Positions 1 through 10,675 are shown, numbered from the stretch's first letter. The stretch: 64,000 bases of DNA from Candidatus Bathyarchaeota archaeon (GCA_963707955.1 OY970176.1:576001-640000); one strand, 5' to 3'. The notes: generated by a model not told the origin, from the sequence alone. Made by a program: numbers and translations.

Positions 1-17
1 TAGCTATTCGACATAAC

Positions 18-239
18 ATGGCCCAAGAGTCTAGGCTAGAAGGGCAAGTTCTCCGAGACCAAGAAAACTTGGCTATTTCTAGATCTCTAAAGTGGGGCCA
101 CAGGCTAGAAAGAGACTCTAAGATTTCTTCTTCCCTTCATAATCAGACCATTTCCAAAGATTCTCACATAGACTCTCAGAGTCTCCTAGCAACCTATAGA
201 CAGTATCTAATAGACTACTTTGGAGGTGATACAGAATGA
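18..239 (+). CDS. hypothetical protein (AT-rich foreign segment)
   Basis: 73-aa ORF whose stop overlaps the next start (ATGA); no recognisable motif. Confidence 0.35.
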   Translation: MAQESRLEGQVLRDQENLAISRSLKWGHRLERDSKISSSLHNQTISKDSHIDSQSLLATYRQYLIDYFGGDTE

Positions 240-487
240 CAGAGAAAAGTAAGCCTAAGAAGAGAGAGATCTTTGGAGATCCTAAGCAGAGTCTAACATG
301 CTCTATCTGTCATGAGACTAAGCCATTAACAACTGAGTTCTTCTGGATTTATAAAGACAAGAGAAACGGGCCTAAGATCTTAGATAACGTGTACTTCCAA
401 GGTAAGACTAACGGTAAAGGCCCGGGCTGCAAAGCTTGTTATAAACTATATAGAAAGAGACTAGCTAGAAAGAAAGAGAATAACTAA
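236..487 (+). CDS. small CxxC...CxxC zinc-binding protein, virus/MGE-like
   Basis: GGAGGTGA RBS; CSICHETKPLTTEFF...CKACY resembles Zn modules of phage HNH/endonuclease VII-type proteins; followed by a T-run. Confidence 0.55.
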   Translation: MTEKSKPKKREIFGDPKQSLTCSICHETKPLTTEFFWIYKDKRNGPKILDNVYFQGKTNGKGPGCKACYKLYRKRLARKKENN

Positions 488-575
488 GATCTCTTCTATC
501 CTTTTTTTCTCATATTCTTGTTTCAGCTTGACTAAGGCTTTTTTTATGTCATGACTTAGACTAGAAAAAGAGTCA

Positions 576-926
576 TTATGTTTTTGAGTTTAGAATATTA
601 TTTAGAGCTTGCAGTTCTAAAAGTTCTTCTTCCGTGATATTTCGGTCTTTCAGTTTTTGTTCTAATTCATCTTTTCTTTCTCTCATTTTCAAGACTTCTA
701 CTTCTTTCCTCAATCCTAGAATGTAGTCTCTCTTTTTCTCAAAATCAGCTCCAAGAGAGTCAAACTTTTTCCATGTTTCATGTTTGTCTTTATCAAGTTG
801 GGCTTCTCTCGCTTCTGTCTCTTTTTCAGTTTCAAATGGGGTAGACTTATTCTTTAATCTTGCATACTCTTTGCTTAGTTTTCCAATTTCATTATTCAAT
901 TCTTCAAATGCTTTATCATCTATCAT
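576..926 (-). CDS. coiled-coil hypothetical protein
   Basis: 116-aa E/K/L-rich ORF in AT-rich DNA. Confidence 0.6.
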   Translation of the reverse strand: MIDDKAFEELNNEIGKLSKEYARLKNKSTPFETEKETEAREAQLDKDKHETWKKFDSLGADFEKKRDYILGLRKEVEVLKMRERKDELEQKLKDRNITEEELLELQALNNILNSKT

Positions 927-1047
927 TTTTAAACCCCTAATTTGTCTTATGTTGCTATGCAGATATAAAATCTTTCACAATTCATTGTAATTCTCGCAAA
1001 ACCTATATTGATAGATTTTCAATGAGAAAAGGGAGTGAGAACTGATA

Positions 1048-2418
1048 ATGAAGTTGAGTTGGATATTGGTTCTAGTGTTCTTTCTATCGCTAGGGATAGG
1101 TCTGGTTCCCAAAAGCACTTGCCAGAATACGGACAATGTTGACATCACTATTTATCCTAATATCAGTGACATAGACTTCAAAAACGGAATCGTTACTTTC
1201 TCAAATCTCTATTTGGAGATTGATGCAAATGAGAGTTTTGCTGTCGGCATTTTTACCACCGCATTACAATCTCCCTCTTGGATAGACAACCGAGCAACCT
1301 ACGATAATAAAACTGGACTATACTCACTAAACCAAGAAGAATTCCCGAATGGTCGCCAACTCAAGTTTAGTCTTAAAGAAGATTTGACGCACTGGACACT
1401 CATTAATGACAGACTTGAATGTGGAATAGCAATAGGACTAAACATAACATCCAGTTTGGGAGTGAAGAATGTTTACCCCGGTCTTAATTTTCCTTTGCAA
1501 GATAACTGGAATGTTACGGCAACTATTACCGAAGCCACGCCCGCAGAGGCATCCCAATATGCACTTTATGGTATGCATGCGATAAATCAATCAATTTCAT
1601 CTAGCAATTTGACACAGTTCTACGTGATTAAGATTGATGTCATTCGCATTTCCGTGGGGATAAACGTAGTCTACTGGATTCCGCTCCTCTTTATGCTTGC
1701 ACTTCTTTTTGCTTCACTTAAACTGGTTCGAGAGAGGGATTTGGAAAATTCTTTGTTAGTTTATATCTCCGTTGATATTTTTGGTTTTGGTTATCTTCTG
1801 ACTCTAATGAACATCACTCCCTCAGTTATTACTTCAATAGATATTCTCACACTTGTCGATGTTTCATTGAGTTTTGTTTTCTCTATATGGGCAATTTTCA
1901 GACATCCTGCAAAGGGAGACAAAAAGAAGATTAAAAGCGAAAAGGTCTATAGTGAGACACAAAACAAGAATGTGAAGCCAATGGGTGAGGAACAAACTAC
2001 TGATGAGATTCTGAAACTTATTCGATTGGTTGACAATCAAAAAGACAAGTTGTTTAGAGCCCGTGACCTTATTTACAGTTGGTCTTTTATCTTCTTAGCC
2101 ATATTTGTGCTATACCTTTTCGTAGAGCCTATTTTGCTTTTCAGCACGCCGTCATCAACTGATAAGGCTATATTGACTTTATCCTTCGTTACAGTGATCG
2201 TTGCAATCTTAGCTCTCATTGTACCATTTTCCAAAGAAACCATAATTTTGAAGAGTTTCAAGAGATTGGAAATGTGTGTCGAGGAAGACAAGAAACCTCT
2301 GCTTAAAGCGTTAATCAAGATAAAAAGCAAAAACAATGAATTTTGCCTAGAACAGATTTACAACATGGACAAAGGTATGTTCACGAAAGAAGAACTGATT
2401 AAAAGGCTATATGAGTAG
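1048..2418 (+). CDS. membrane protein with signal peptide, extracellular domain and several TM helices
   Basis: hydrophobic N-terminus, N-x-S/T-rich domain, about 5 TM segments; AT-rich. Confidence 0.65.
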   Translation: MKLSWILVLVFFLSLGIGLVPKSTCQNTDNVDITIYPNISDIDFKNGIVTFSNLYLEIDANESFAVGIFTTALQSPSWIDNRATYDNKTGLYSLNQEEFPNGRQLKFSLKEDLTHWTLINDRLECGIAIGLNITSSLGVKNVYPGLNFPLQDNWNVTATITEATPAEASQYALYGMHAINQSISSSNLTQFYVIKIDVIRISVGINVVYWIPLLFMLALLFASLKLVRERDLENSLLVYISVDIFGFGYLLTLMNITPSVITSIDILTLVDVSLSFVFSIWAIFRHPAKGDKKKIKSEKVYSETQNKNVKPMGEEQTTDEILKLIRLVDNQKDKLFRARDLIYSWSFIFLAIFVLYLFVEPILLFSTPSSTDKAILTLSFVTVIVAILALIVPFSKETIILKSFKRLEMCVEEDKKPLLKALIKIKSKNNEFCLEQIYNMDKGMFTKEELIKRLYE

Positions 2419-2700
2419 TTTCGCGCTAGAAGATCACTATCCTTGTACTTATAGAATTAGAATAGAAAGACTCTTATTTCATAAAAGAATTGCCAACATG
2501 GAAGCTTCAAACCTTGCAGGGGGTTAAGCAGTGTTGATGCGTAAGTTGTCACAGGGAAAAGGCAAAGCAGAGAACGTTGTTCACAGACCATAGTTCCAAA
2601 TGAGCACGCGCGCTGGTCCGTTACTGGCCCAATGTTAACGTGCAGATGCACAAGCAGGGTCCACGACCTATAGAGTTAATTATTTTGCCATTGTTGTCGC

Positions 2701-3387
2701 TTGCAGAGGAGGATCAAAACTCGTTTCGCAGTCGGCCACATGGCGTTAGGGCATATCTTGGGCAAGACTTCGTCCAAACTCTTGAAAACAAACCTTAACA
2801 TTCCGCTCGTGCTGACCTTATCTATCATCCCAGACATAGATATCCTAGCAGAACACGTGCCTGCTTTGGCTCCGATCCTCCAGCACAGGGGCGCAACACA
2901 TTCGCTTGTGGTTTCGTTTATCATCTTCATTCCTTTCTTTGCAGTCTATCGGAAGACTGCGGTTCCGTATTTCATAGCCTTGATCCAGCACGCTCTGATA
3001 GGTGACTACTTAACTGGAGCGGGTTTGCAGCTCTTGTGGCCGATAAGCCAGCAACGTTTTGGATTAGCAGGGGCAAGCATAATGAGCGCAGAAAACGTGG
3101 CTTTAGAATTCAGTCTGTTCGTCCTGTCCATTGCGATCCTGCTAATTACTCGGGATATAGTCAGATTGTTTCAGGCTCATCGGTCCAACCTCATACTGAT
3201 GATCCCCCTTTTCACGGTGTTGCTGCCAATCTTCTTGAGCTACCCTTTGTCTGTGCCTGCTTGGTTAATCGTGCCGCATTTAGTGTACATGGTCCTTTTT
3301 GCAGCCAGTGTCATCTTAGAACTGCCAAGATTCTTCAGGTGTCAGCGTAGCCAGAAATCAGACCTTGTCCTGAGCAAGCAGGTGTGA
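2701..3387 (+). CDS. membrane-bound metal-dependent hydrolase (YbcI/DUF457-like); true start probably slightly downstream
   Basis: GH..., PDID, HRGATHS and H-x3-D motifs. Confidence 0.8.
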   Translation: MQRRIKTRFAVGHMALGHILGKTSSKLLKTNLNIPLVLTLSIIPDIDILAEHVPALAPILQHRGATHSLVVSFIIFIPFFAVYRKTAVPYFIALIQHALIGDYLTGAGLQLLWPISQQRFGLAGASIMSAENVALEFSLFVLSIAILLITRDIVRLFQAHRSNLILMIPLFTVLLPIFLSYPLSVPAWLIVPHLVYMVLFAASVILELPRFFRCQRSQKSDLVLSKQV

Positions 3388-3393
3388 AAATTA

Positions 3394-4572
3394 CTAGGAC
3401 GGTGGCGGAGGCCTTGTTCCCAAGGTTAGTAGCAAATCGATATTTTGATTGTTCCTGACAAGGTTTAAGGTCACATTTTCGTTAGGCAGCGTGTTTTCTT
3501 CCAAGTAACTGGACATAGCGTCGCCGTTTATTATGCGAGTCTTATTGATCCCGACCAGTATGTCGTCGACGTGCACTCCTGCCTTGTCCGCCGGTCCTCC
3601 AGGGATCACTTCACCGATCCACCAGCCGTAGGTTACGTTTGTGTGCAGAGTTTGAGCTTCGAAGTAGTTCATGTCTCCTCCTCGGTCAGGCGTCGATCCT
3701 ACGCCCAGATATGAGTGGCCGTCGTAATGGCCAGTTGCAACCAAGGCTGCTATCTCCTTGAGTATCGTGTCCGAGGCAACGGCGAAAACTACTCCCTGAG
3801 CCGGCGTGCCCTGAGAAACCTCAGCTGTAGCTGCAGTTATCCCCACGACTTTGCCGTCGAGGTTCAGCAAGGGACCACCAGAGTTGCCCGGGTTTGCAGG
3901 AGTGCTCGTTTGTATGATGTCTGCTATCGCAAAACCCCCAGCATATTCGGTCTCAGGTATCGTCCTGCCGAGACCGCTTATCACGCCCGTGGTCATCGAC
4001 CCCGTTAAGCCGAAGGGGGCCCCTATCGCCACCACAGAGTCTCCAACCCTCAACGTTGAAGAACTCACAACATCAATCGGCTTGAATTCATCCTCGGGAG
4101 CGCCTACAACCGAGACCACTGCTAAATCTGAGTACGGGTCTGTCCCATTCACCGTAGCTGCGTAGCCGTCACCGTTTGAAAAAGTCACGCTTAAGCTCGT
4201 CGTTCCGGATACAACGTGGTTGTTTGTTACCACAAGCAATGACCCCGTCATGTTGTAGACAAAACCTGAACCCTGAACGGTTCCGTTGCTCGTCTGACCT
4301 TCAATCAGAACGATCGAGTCCTTGACCTTCTGGTACAATTCGTTTAACGCCGTTGTGTTCCAATTGAGATTAATCGTCTGGTAGAGGTTCGTCTGGTTGC
4401 CCGACATGCTCGAGACTATACTTGAAAGGTTTGAAACATCATTCTCAAGATTGTTGATCTTCTGCAAAAACACGTAAGATGTTATCAGTCCTCCCATTAT
4501 CAGTCCTGCAACGAGAACTAGAGCTATGACTGTTGCAGAAGAACCTACTCGGTGTTCGTTCATCTGTTTCAC
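3394..4572 (-). CDS. htrA: HtrA/DegP-like serine protease with PDZ domain
   Basis: TNNHVV, DLAVV, NPGNSGGPL catalytic motifs; C-terminal PDZ; N-terminal TM. Confidence 0.9.
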   Translation of the reverse strand: MKQMNEHRVGSSATVIALVLVAGLIMGGLITSYVFLQKINNLENDVSNLSSIVSSMSGNQTNLYQTINLNWNTTALNELYQKVKDSIVLIEGQTSNGTVQGSGFVYNMTGSLLVVTNNHVVSGTTSLSVTFSNGDGYAATVNGTDPYSDLAVVSVVGAPEDEFKPIDVVSSSTLRVGDSVVAIGAPFGLTGSMTTGVISGLGRTIPETEYAGGFAIADIIQTSTPANPGNSGGPLLNLDGKVVGITAATAEVSQGTPAQGVVFAVASDTILKEIAALVATGHYDGHSYLGVGSTPDRGGDMNYFEAQTLHTNVTYGWWIGEVIPGGPADKAGVHVDDILVGINKTRIINGDAMSSYLEENTLPNENVTLNLVRNNQNIDLLLTLGTRPPPPS

Positions 4573-4628
4573 CTTCCTCTAAGTGAGTCGAAAGACACCT
4601 CTTAAGAGTTACGGAAAACCTGCTCCAG

Positions 4629-5765
4629 TCAATCCCTGAAGAGTCTAACCGCCAAAAGAGCCAGGACCGGCATAACAACCGCTGCCACCACAAATGGATA
4701 CTCGGGCGAAAACGCGTAGAGAAGACCACCAAGGTACGGCGCGATGAAGGACGCAAACATGCTTACTGTCTGAGGCACTGCTACCCAACGTGCCCTGCAC
4801 GATTCTGGGGCCATAGGGCCTGCGATAGCACTCAACAAAGACCACGTTAAGTATGAACCGCCGATCAGAAGAAATGAGACTGCAAGAATGGCGAAACTGC
4901 CCGACAACAGCAACAGAACCGTTGATACACTGGTCAGAATGGCAGACAGTGCAAGAGGATACGATTTGCCTTTCTTGTCTCCGAGTCTGCCAAGAAGGAG
5001 ACTCAGTACCGCTGAGCTTGCAAAAGAAATTGAACCGAGAACACCCACTTCAAAATCGCCAAGCTTGTACACATCGGCAACGAACTCTGGAATGAAAGGT
5101 CGAAACATCGTCAAAACAAACATTAATACAGCGAAGAAAATCGTCATGACCAACAGTTTTTGAGTTTTCAGAAGTTCTTTAAATGAATAATCATTCTCCG
5201 TGCGGGTTTGAATGTTCTTTGCGCGTTGGCTCTTGATGAAGAAAAGTGTCAGACAGGCCAAAGAGTAAAGAATGAAGGCCATGTAGAAAACAGGTTTCAT
5301 GCCCATGTTTCCGGACAGAAATCCCCCCAGAGCAGGAGAAAAAATGTAACCGATTGACCATGCAGCGGACATCGTCGTGAAAGTCAACGTCAACATGCTG
5401 GGGTCGGCCGCGGTCACGATGTAAGCTGTTCCAGCGGGTTGTCCTAGCCAAAAACCCCACATTATCATTCCAGGAACCATTCCAATCCAGTTGCCGGCTA
5501 TCGAAAAGATCAACGGCACAGGCAGCCATGCAAGCCACCCGGCGATCATGATTTTCTTGCGGTCGTACCTGTCTGCAAGCGTTCCTGAGATTAGGAGAGT
5601 CAGGGCAGCGGATAGACTGAGCACTGCGTAAAGTATGCCTATCTGAACTGAGTCAGCGCCCAACGTGTTACTCATGTAAACTGGCAGAAGATACGCGTAG
5701 AGGCCATCGCCGAAAGAGCCCACCAAGTTACAAGTGAAGACCAATTTCAAATCTTTGCTCAGCAC
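4629..5765 (-). CDS. MFS transporter
   Basis: about 12 TM segments; GTLADRYDRK and GRLGDKKGK motif A. Confidence 0.9.
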   Translation of the reverse strand: MLSKDLKLVFTCNLVGSFGDGLYAYLLPVYMSNTLGADSVQIGILYAVLSLSAALTLLISGTLADRYDRKKIMIAGWLAWLPVPLIFSIAGNWIGMVPGMIMWGFWLGQPAGTAYIVTAADPSMLTLTFTTMSAAWSIGYIFSPALGGFLSGNMGMKPVFYMAFILYSLACLTLFFIKSQRAKNIQTRTENDYSFKELLKTQKLLVMTIFFAVLMFVLTMFRPFIPEFVADVYKLGDFEVGVLGSISFASSAVLSLLLGRLGDKKGKSYPLALSAILTSVSTVLLLLSGSFAILAVSFLLIGGSYLTWSLLSAIAGPMAPESCRARWVAVPQTVSMFASFIAPYLGGLLYAFSPEYPFVVAAVVMPVLALLAVRLFRD

Positions 5766-5849
5766 TGGCGAACCTCCTGCGCCACTATCGTGTTAGATTG
5801 TTGTTCTTACTTTTTTCGGCGATTGCTGAACAGTTAACGACTCTCTATG

Positions 5850-6872
5850 TCACGTCTTGTCGAGACTATTTCTCCTGTCAACAAGGTCTAAGGCGTCGGG
5901 TCCAGTCCCTATAAATGCAACTTGGACTCCTGTTTCTTTTTCAATTCTGCTCACGAATAGTCTTGCCTCTCTTGGAACTTCCTCGTATGACCTTGCACCC
6001 TTACACTCTGGGTACACGCAGTCTAGCTTAGTCAACGCAATCTGAGTTGCCCCATCGATCATCACAGACCTCTTGGCAATTTCAAAGTCGAAGGGTGCTG
6101 CGCGTCTGTCTCGTCCAGTTCCTGCCGCCGTCTCAAACCATCCTCGCTTCAACGCCTCCTCTTTTGATATCTCTCCTGGCAGAGGTCCTGTCCCCACGCG
6201 GGTCATGAAGGATTTCAGAACTAACAAGACATCATCGACTCTTGTTGGGCCTACACCCGCTTCTGAACATATCGCAGCAGCACTCGTATCTCTACTTGTG
6301 ACGTATGGGTATGTCCCATGGAACACAGAGAGCAACAGCCCTTGGGTTCCTTCGAGCAAAACCTTCTTCTGCTTGTTCAGTGCATCGTTGATTTCCGACG
6401 CCGCGTCTGCGAGGTAAGGCTTCAGTTCTGAAATATCTCTCGCAAGCTTGGCAGTCCTACGCACACGCTCTTCAACCGCCGGGCCGACACCCCAGCCCGT
6501 TGTGCCTAGACTCTTGAGGTGCGCGCTTGTCTTGTCCTGGGTCGAGTGCTTCTCCTCTATTATGGATCCTTGGCTGTCAACCCCTATGCGGTTCTTCACG
6601 TTGGTCTCTTCAACTTCTTTCAGAAACTGTTCAACGTGAATGTTTGCGCCTGGCCCTATTAGCAGCTGACATTTCTCGTTGACGAAACCTCCTGGAACCA
6701 TGTGTAACGCGTAGCGTTTGCCCTTGTACCAGATGGTGTGGGCAGCGTTCACCGATCCTGTTCTGACGCAGAAGTCAATCTTGTCTTTGAGTGCCAAATA
6801 AGATATTATTTTGCCTTTACCCTCATCTCCCCAGAAGCCGCCGGCTACAACTGTACAAGGCATTTTTTTCAC
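5850..6872 (-). CDS. purA: adenylosuccinate synthetase (short archaeal type)
   Basis: GGFWGDEGKGK, EGTQG, TRVGTGP, TGRDRR motifs. Confidence 0.95.
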   Translation of the reverse strand: MKKMPCTVVAGGFWGDEGKGKIISYLALKDKIDFCVRTGSVNAAHTIWYKGKRYALHMVPGGFVNEKCQLLIGPGANIHVEQFLKEVEETNVKNRIGVDSQGSIIEEKHSTQDKTSAHLKSLGTTGWGVGPAVEERVRRTAKLARDISELKPYLADAASEINDALNKQKKVLLEGTQGLLLSVFHGTYPYVTSRDTSAAAICSEAGVGPTRVDDVLLVLKSFMTRVGTGPLPGEISKEEALKRGWFETAAGTGRDRRAAPFDFEIAKRSVMIDGATQIALTKLDCVYPECKGARSYEEVPREARLFVSRIEKETGVQVAFIGTGPDALDLVDRRNSLDKT

Positions 6873-6934
6873 CGATCAGAGAATTTGCGTGGCTTTATTT
6901 AACGTTGTTTGCCGGTTTGATGTTAAAAGAACAG

Positions 6935-7327
6935 CTATGATCCCTGGCGCTGTTTGCGACTTGCAGCTTCAAGGTCTATCCTTCGCAGAAGCTCACCAAC
7001 CTTCTCGCCTTTTCTTCTCAACTCCATCTTTGAAACGGTTCGGCCCATCGGGCACAGTTCATCCACGACCGCTACGTTTTCTTCGCTGTAGACCACAGGG
7101 TACACGCGGCACCCCAACGGCCTAGACTTATAGGTTTTGCAGCATCGCCTTTCAACATCATAGAAAACACAGTGGCCCCCGCGATTTCGAAGCATCGCAT
7201 AACCATGCCTGTCATATCGCACAAACCTTTCGCTGCTGTAACCTGCCTTCATCAAGAGCCGCACGTCCTCTTCAGAAAGCAACATTTGAGTTTCTTCGCA
7301 GCATATTCCACAGTACGAACAACGCAT
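6935..7327 (-). CDS. YkgJ-family cysteine-cluster protein
   Basis: CxxCGxCC, CVFYD...C..Y..RP..CR.YP pattern. Confidence 0.85.
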   Translation of the reverse strand: MRCSYCGICCEETQMLLSEEDVRLLMKAGYSSERFVRYDRHGYAMLRNRGGHCVFYDVERRCCKTYKSRPLGCRVYPVVYSEENVAVVDELCPMGRTVSKMELRRKGEKVGELLRRIDLEAASRKQRQGS

Positions 7328-7382
7328 GAAGGCTCTATAAGCCAGGCTTTTCTAATCTACGTTTCGACTACTTTCTGCTTCT

Positions 7383-7622
7383 CTAACCGCCAGTTAGGAT
7401 CAAGTTCAGGTTCAGCAATTCTGCCCATGCTATGTTTTTCATGGACACTCTCAAAGTGGTTCTGTTGCCATATGGAACGCACGTGACAAAGTTCTCTCTT
7501 CTGAATTCGTCCTTCATGATCCCTGCTAGCTGAACGTTTATTATGACAGAACCGTCTTTCAAGTGTAGGTTAACGTTTCTTCCGAGAAAAGACCTTGCCG
7601 TGTTCAGACTGAAACCTTCCAT
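7383..7622 (-). CDS. small Sm/LSm-like-fold protein
   Basis: start reassigned to MEGFS (GGTGA RBS); FLGRNVNLHLKDGS resembles the Sm1 motif. Confidence 0.55.
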   Translation of the reverse strand: MEGFSLNTARSFLGRNVNLHLKDGSVIINVQLAGIMKDEFRRENFVTCVPYGNRTTLRVSMKNIAWAELLNLNLILTGG

Positions 7623-7626
7623 TTTC

Positions 7627-7764
7627 TCACCATTCGAAATCGCGCTCTGCCAGTTTGCTCCAGCAGCGCCGGCAAATCGGCAGCCTTTCTCCTTTGAAGA
7701 AAATGTAGACTTCAATGTCATGATTCCTGCACTCTCCATCCCAAGGGTTTTTGCAACGTTCCAT
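7627..7764 (-). CDS. 45-aa Cys-rich zinc-finger microprotein (not in the ORF track)
   Basis: MERCKNPWDGECRNHDIEVYIFFKGERLPICRRCWSKLAERDFEW; GAGGTG RBS; stop lies in the RBS of the next gene. Confidence 0.7.
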   Translation of the reverse strand: MERCKNPWDGECRNHDIEVYIFFKGERLPICRRCWSKLAERDFEW

Positions 7765-8129
7765 GAGAGCACCTCTTCAGCATCTGGACACTCGCTGTTT
7801 TCGCTTTTAAGCTTCGCTTCGAAACAACACTAGCCGCCCGAAGAGAGATGAGTTAAAATGATGCCGTCTGAACTGCGTGGAAGCACATTGCATAACGGTT
7901 ACTGACCTGATTGAAGACTAACTTTGATTAAGGAGAAAACTGTGGAAAGTCAATTATTGTAGCGGCAGGTGCACGTTCCGATTTTTTTAGCAGAAAACTC
8001 GCTGCTGGGGTTACGGGTTTGATTATGCAGAAATCTTTTAAACAGTTGATTCCAGATTTGAACGTGGCAATGAGGTGAGAGAAGACAGTGTGCAAGTCTG
8101 CTAGCAGGACTTGGGAGGCTGAGTAGCAT

Positions 8130-8567
8130 ATGGGTTTGTTTAATCCGAACGCTTATTTTCTGTCTGACGTGAATTTGCTTCTCCAGTTGGCAATTTTGGT
8201 CGTCCTGATTCTGGCGGTCTTTTTCAAGGCTAGGCAGAGTTATCTGAGGCATGGTGCACTGATGGGAATTGCTGTTACCTTGCACACGGTTTTGATATTT
8301 TCCATAATGGTTCCCTCATTTGCGTCGCTTGTGGGCTCGTTTGGAAATCTGCTTTGGTCATCTGCGTTGGTGATCCTATTGCATGCGGTTCTCGGAAGTC
8401 TAGTGGAATTACTCGGGCTGTATCTGGTCCTAGCATGGGCGCTGAATCGCTGGAATGTCAAAGTCTGCTTTGGAAACAAGAGATTCATGAAGCCCACGAT
8501 CATCCTGTGGTTGATAGAAATAGCACTTGGCACGTATGTGTACGTCTTGCTTTACGTGCCATTGTAG
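8130..8567 (+). CDS. 4-TM membrane protein (DUF420-like)
   Basis: four hydrophobic helices with His residues. Confidence 0.65.
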   Translation: MGLFNPNAYFLSDVNLLLQLAILVVLILAVFFKARQSYLRHGALMGIAVTLHTVLIFSIMVPSFASLVGSFGNLLWSSALVILLHAVLGSLVELLGLYLVLAWALNRWNVKVCFGNKRFMKPTIILWLIEIALGTYVYVLLYVPL

Positions 8568-8607
8568 CACAGTTTAGGCTGAGGTGGGTTTCGAGTTGGT
8601 CTGTTCC

Positions 8608-9149
8608 CTAGATCTGGATTAGTTCGGGCACTATTCTTTCTTTTGTTACCCTTAGCAAGGCAACGCTGGGCTTAGCTATGAATGAAGGAAGAGGGTTCGT
8701 TGGGCTTCCAGGGTTTATGAACAAGATGTCGCCGTTCCATTTCATGCTTGAATTATGCGTGTGCCCATAGACCAGAACGTCGAAACCGTTCAGCTTGGCG
8801 ATTTCACGCGCTTTTCTGATCCCGAAAAGTGTGCCAGGGTCATGAATAACGCCGATCCTCCAGTTGAACACTTTGAAGGAGTTCAACTTCTGAAGCCCCC
8901 CACGAACTTCTGGCCCATCCATGTTGCCATAAACAGCCAAGACTGGAGCAAGCTTTCCAAGTCGTCAATGACTGGCAACTCAACAAGGTCGCCTGCGTGA
9001 ACGATGTAATCCACGTCTTCAAAAACCTTGAAGACCGCTTTGGGGATCTCTCGTGCCCGAACGGGCACGTGCGTGTCGGATATTAGGCCAACGACCTTGC
9101 CTGAGCTTTCCTGCAACTTGGGAAGAATTTGGTCTTGCTGGCTGACCAT
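8608..9149 (-). CDS. YfcE/Vps29-like metallophosphoesterase (one-base frameshift near 8955)
   Basis: SDTH, HAGD, GNMD, GHTH, NPGS motifs split over two frames; GAA AG CTT needs one more A. Confidence 0.85.
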
Positions 9150-9313
9150 TCACTTGCACTTCCATGTGGCCTCTGACAGCTCACCGGAACGAGTTTGAGT
9201 GTGAATTAAGCATTCAGAACTTGGATATTAAGGCTTGAGGCGCAACCCGATTTTTTGGCAAACTAATAAGTAACCTGAAAAGCTATGCCTTTAGCAACTG
9301 GTGCAACGGTCAG

Positions 9314-10675
9314 ATGTATGGCGCTGAATTGTTAGAAGAAACAAGAGAAGAAGTGACGGCTCTTCTTAGAGATCTGATCCGCATCGACACGACTAACCCG
9401 CCGGGAAACGAAATCAAAGCTGCAGAATATTTGGCCGGAACGCTGGAAGAGGACGGTTTCAAGTGTGAGCTCTTTGAGTCCAAACCAAGAAGAGGCAGCT
9501 TGATAACGCGTATGAAAGGAAGCGGCAAAGGACCGAGCCTTCTGCTTCTCTCACACTTGGATGTGGTTCCTGCAAATCCAAAGGAATGGAGTGTAGACCC
9601 CTTTGCCGGCATAGCCAAGGATGGCTTCGTCTGGGGACGCGGTGCACTGGACATGAAGTCCATGACTGCTGTCGAAGTTATGGTCATGAAGCTCCTGAAG
9701 AAAAAGCGCGCCCAGTTGAAGGGTGACATCATACTCGCTGCAACAGCAGATGAGGAAAAAGGCGGAGAAGAAGGAGTTGGCTGGCTGACGCGCAAACATC
9801 CAAAGAAAATTCGAGCAGACTACGTGATAAACGAGGGAGGAGGCCTAGCAATAACTGTGAACGGCAAAAGCGTTTACACAGTTCAAACAGCGGAGAAAGG
9901 AATCTTGTGGTTTAAGGTCAAGGCAAAAGGCACTCCGGGACACGGCTCGATACCAGGAGCATCGGACAACGCCATTGTACGAATGAATAGCGTCGTTGGT
10001 AAGCTTGAAAGATACCGCTCAAAAATCTCGTTAACGCCCACTGTTAGACAGTTCTTGGCCGAAATGGCAAAAGAGCACAAGACGGCAAGGAAGACTTATA
10101 CCAAGATTCTTGAGAATCCCGCTACTGCTGATTCCGTTTTGGATGAACTTGCTAAGAAAGACAGAATTTTGGCTGAAGAGATACGGGCAAAACTCAGGAT
10201 GACGGTGACTCCCACCATGATTCACGGCGGAGTCAAAGAAAACATAATCCCGTCAGAATGCGAAGCTGTCTTTGACTGCAGAGTCTTGCCAAGCCAGACC
10301 ACTGCAGACGCTATGGACAAAATCAGGATCTTGCTCAAGAGCGTGGGCCTTGAAAAGTTGGAGTTTGAGATAATCCAGGCCAATGAGCCCTCAGAGTCAC
10401 CTCTGGATACCGTGCTGTATCGAGAGATCGTGAGTGCTCTGCACGAATTCGACGCTGATTGCGCCGTTGCGCCAGACATGCTGACCGGTGGAACTGACTC
10501 TCGATTTCTCAGAAAGCTGGGTGCCGTGTGTTACGGTTTTCAGCCTATGCGCGCAGACATGTCCTACGGAGAAATGAAGAGTGGAATACACGGCGTTGAT
10601 GAGAGGATCTCGATCGATAACCTTGTGTTCGGAACGAGCGTCTTGTACACTGTAGTTAAGAGGTTCATGACCTAG
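9314..10675 (+). CDS. M20 family metallopeptidase/deacylase (ArgE/DapE/Acy1-like)
   Basis: SHLDVV, GRGALDMK, DEE, GHGS, GGTD, HGVDE motifs. Confidence 0.9.
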   Translation: MYGAELLEETREEVTALLRDLIRIDTTNPPGNEIKAAEYLAGTLEEDGFKCELFESKPRRGSLITRMKGSGKGPSLLLLSHLDVVPANPKEWSVDPFAGIAKDGFVWGRGALDMKSMTAVEVMVMKLLKKKRAQLKGDIILAATADEEKGGEEGVGWLTRKHPKKIRADYVINEGGGLAITVNGKSVYTVQTAEKGILWFKVKAKGTPGHGSIPGASDNAIVRMNSVVGKLERYRSKISLTPTVRQFLAEMAKEHKTARKTYTKILENPATADSVLDELAKKDRILAEEIRAKLRMTVTPTMIHGGVKENIIPSECEAVFDCRVLPSQTTADAMDKIRILLKSVGLEKLEFEIIQANEPSESPLDTVLYREIVSALHEFDADCAVAPDMLTGGTDSRFLRKLGAVCYGFQPMRADMSYGEMKSGIHGVDERISIDNLVFGTSVLYTVVKRFMT

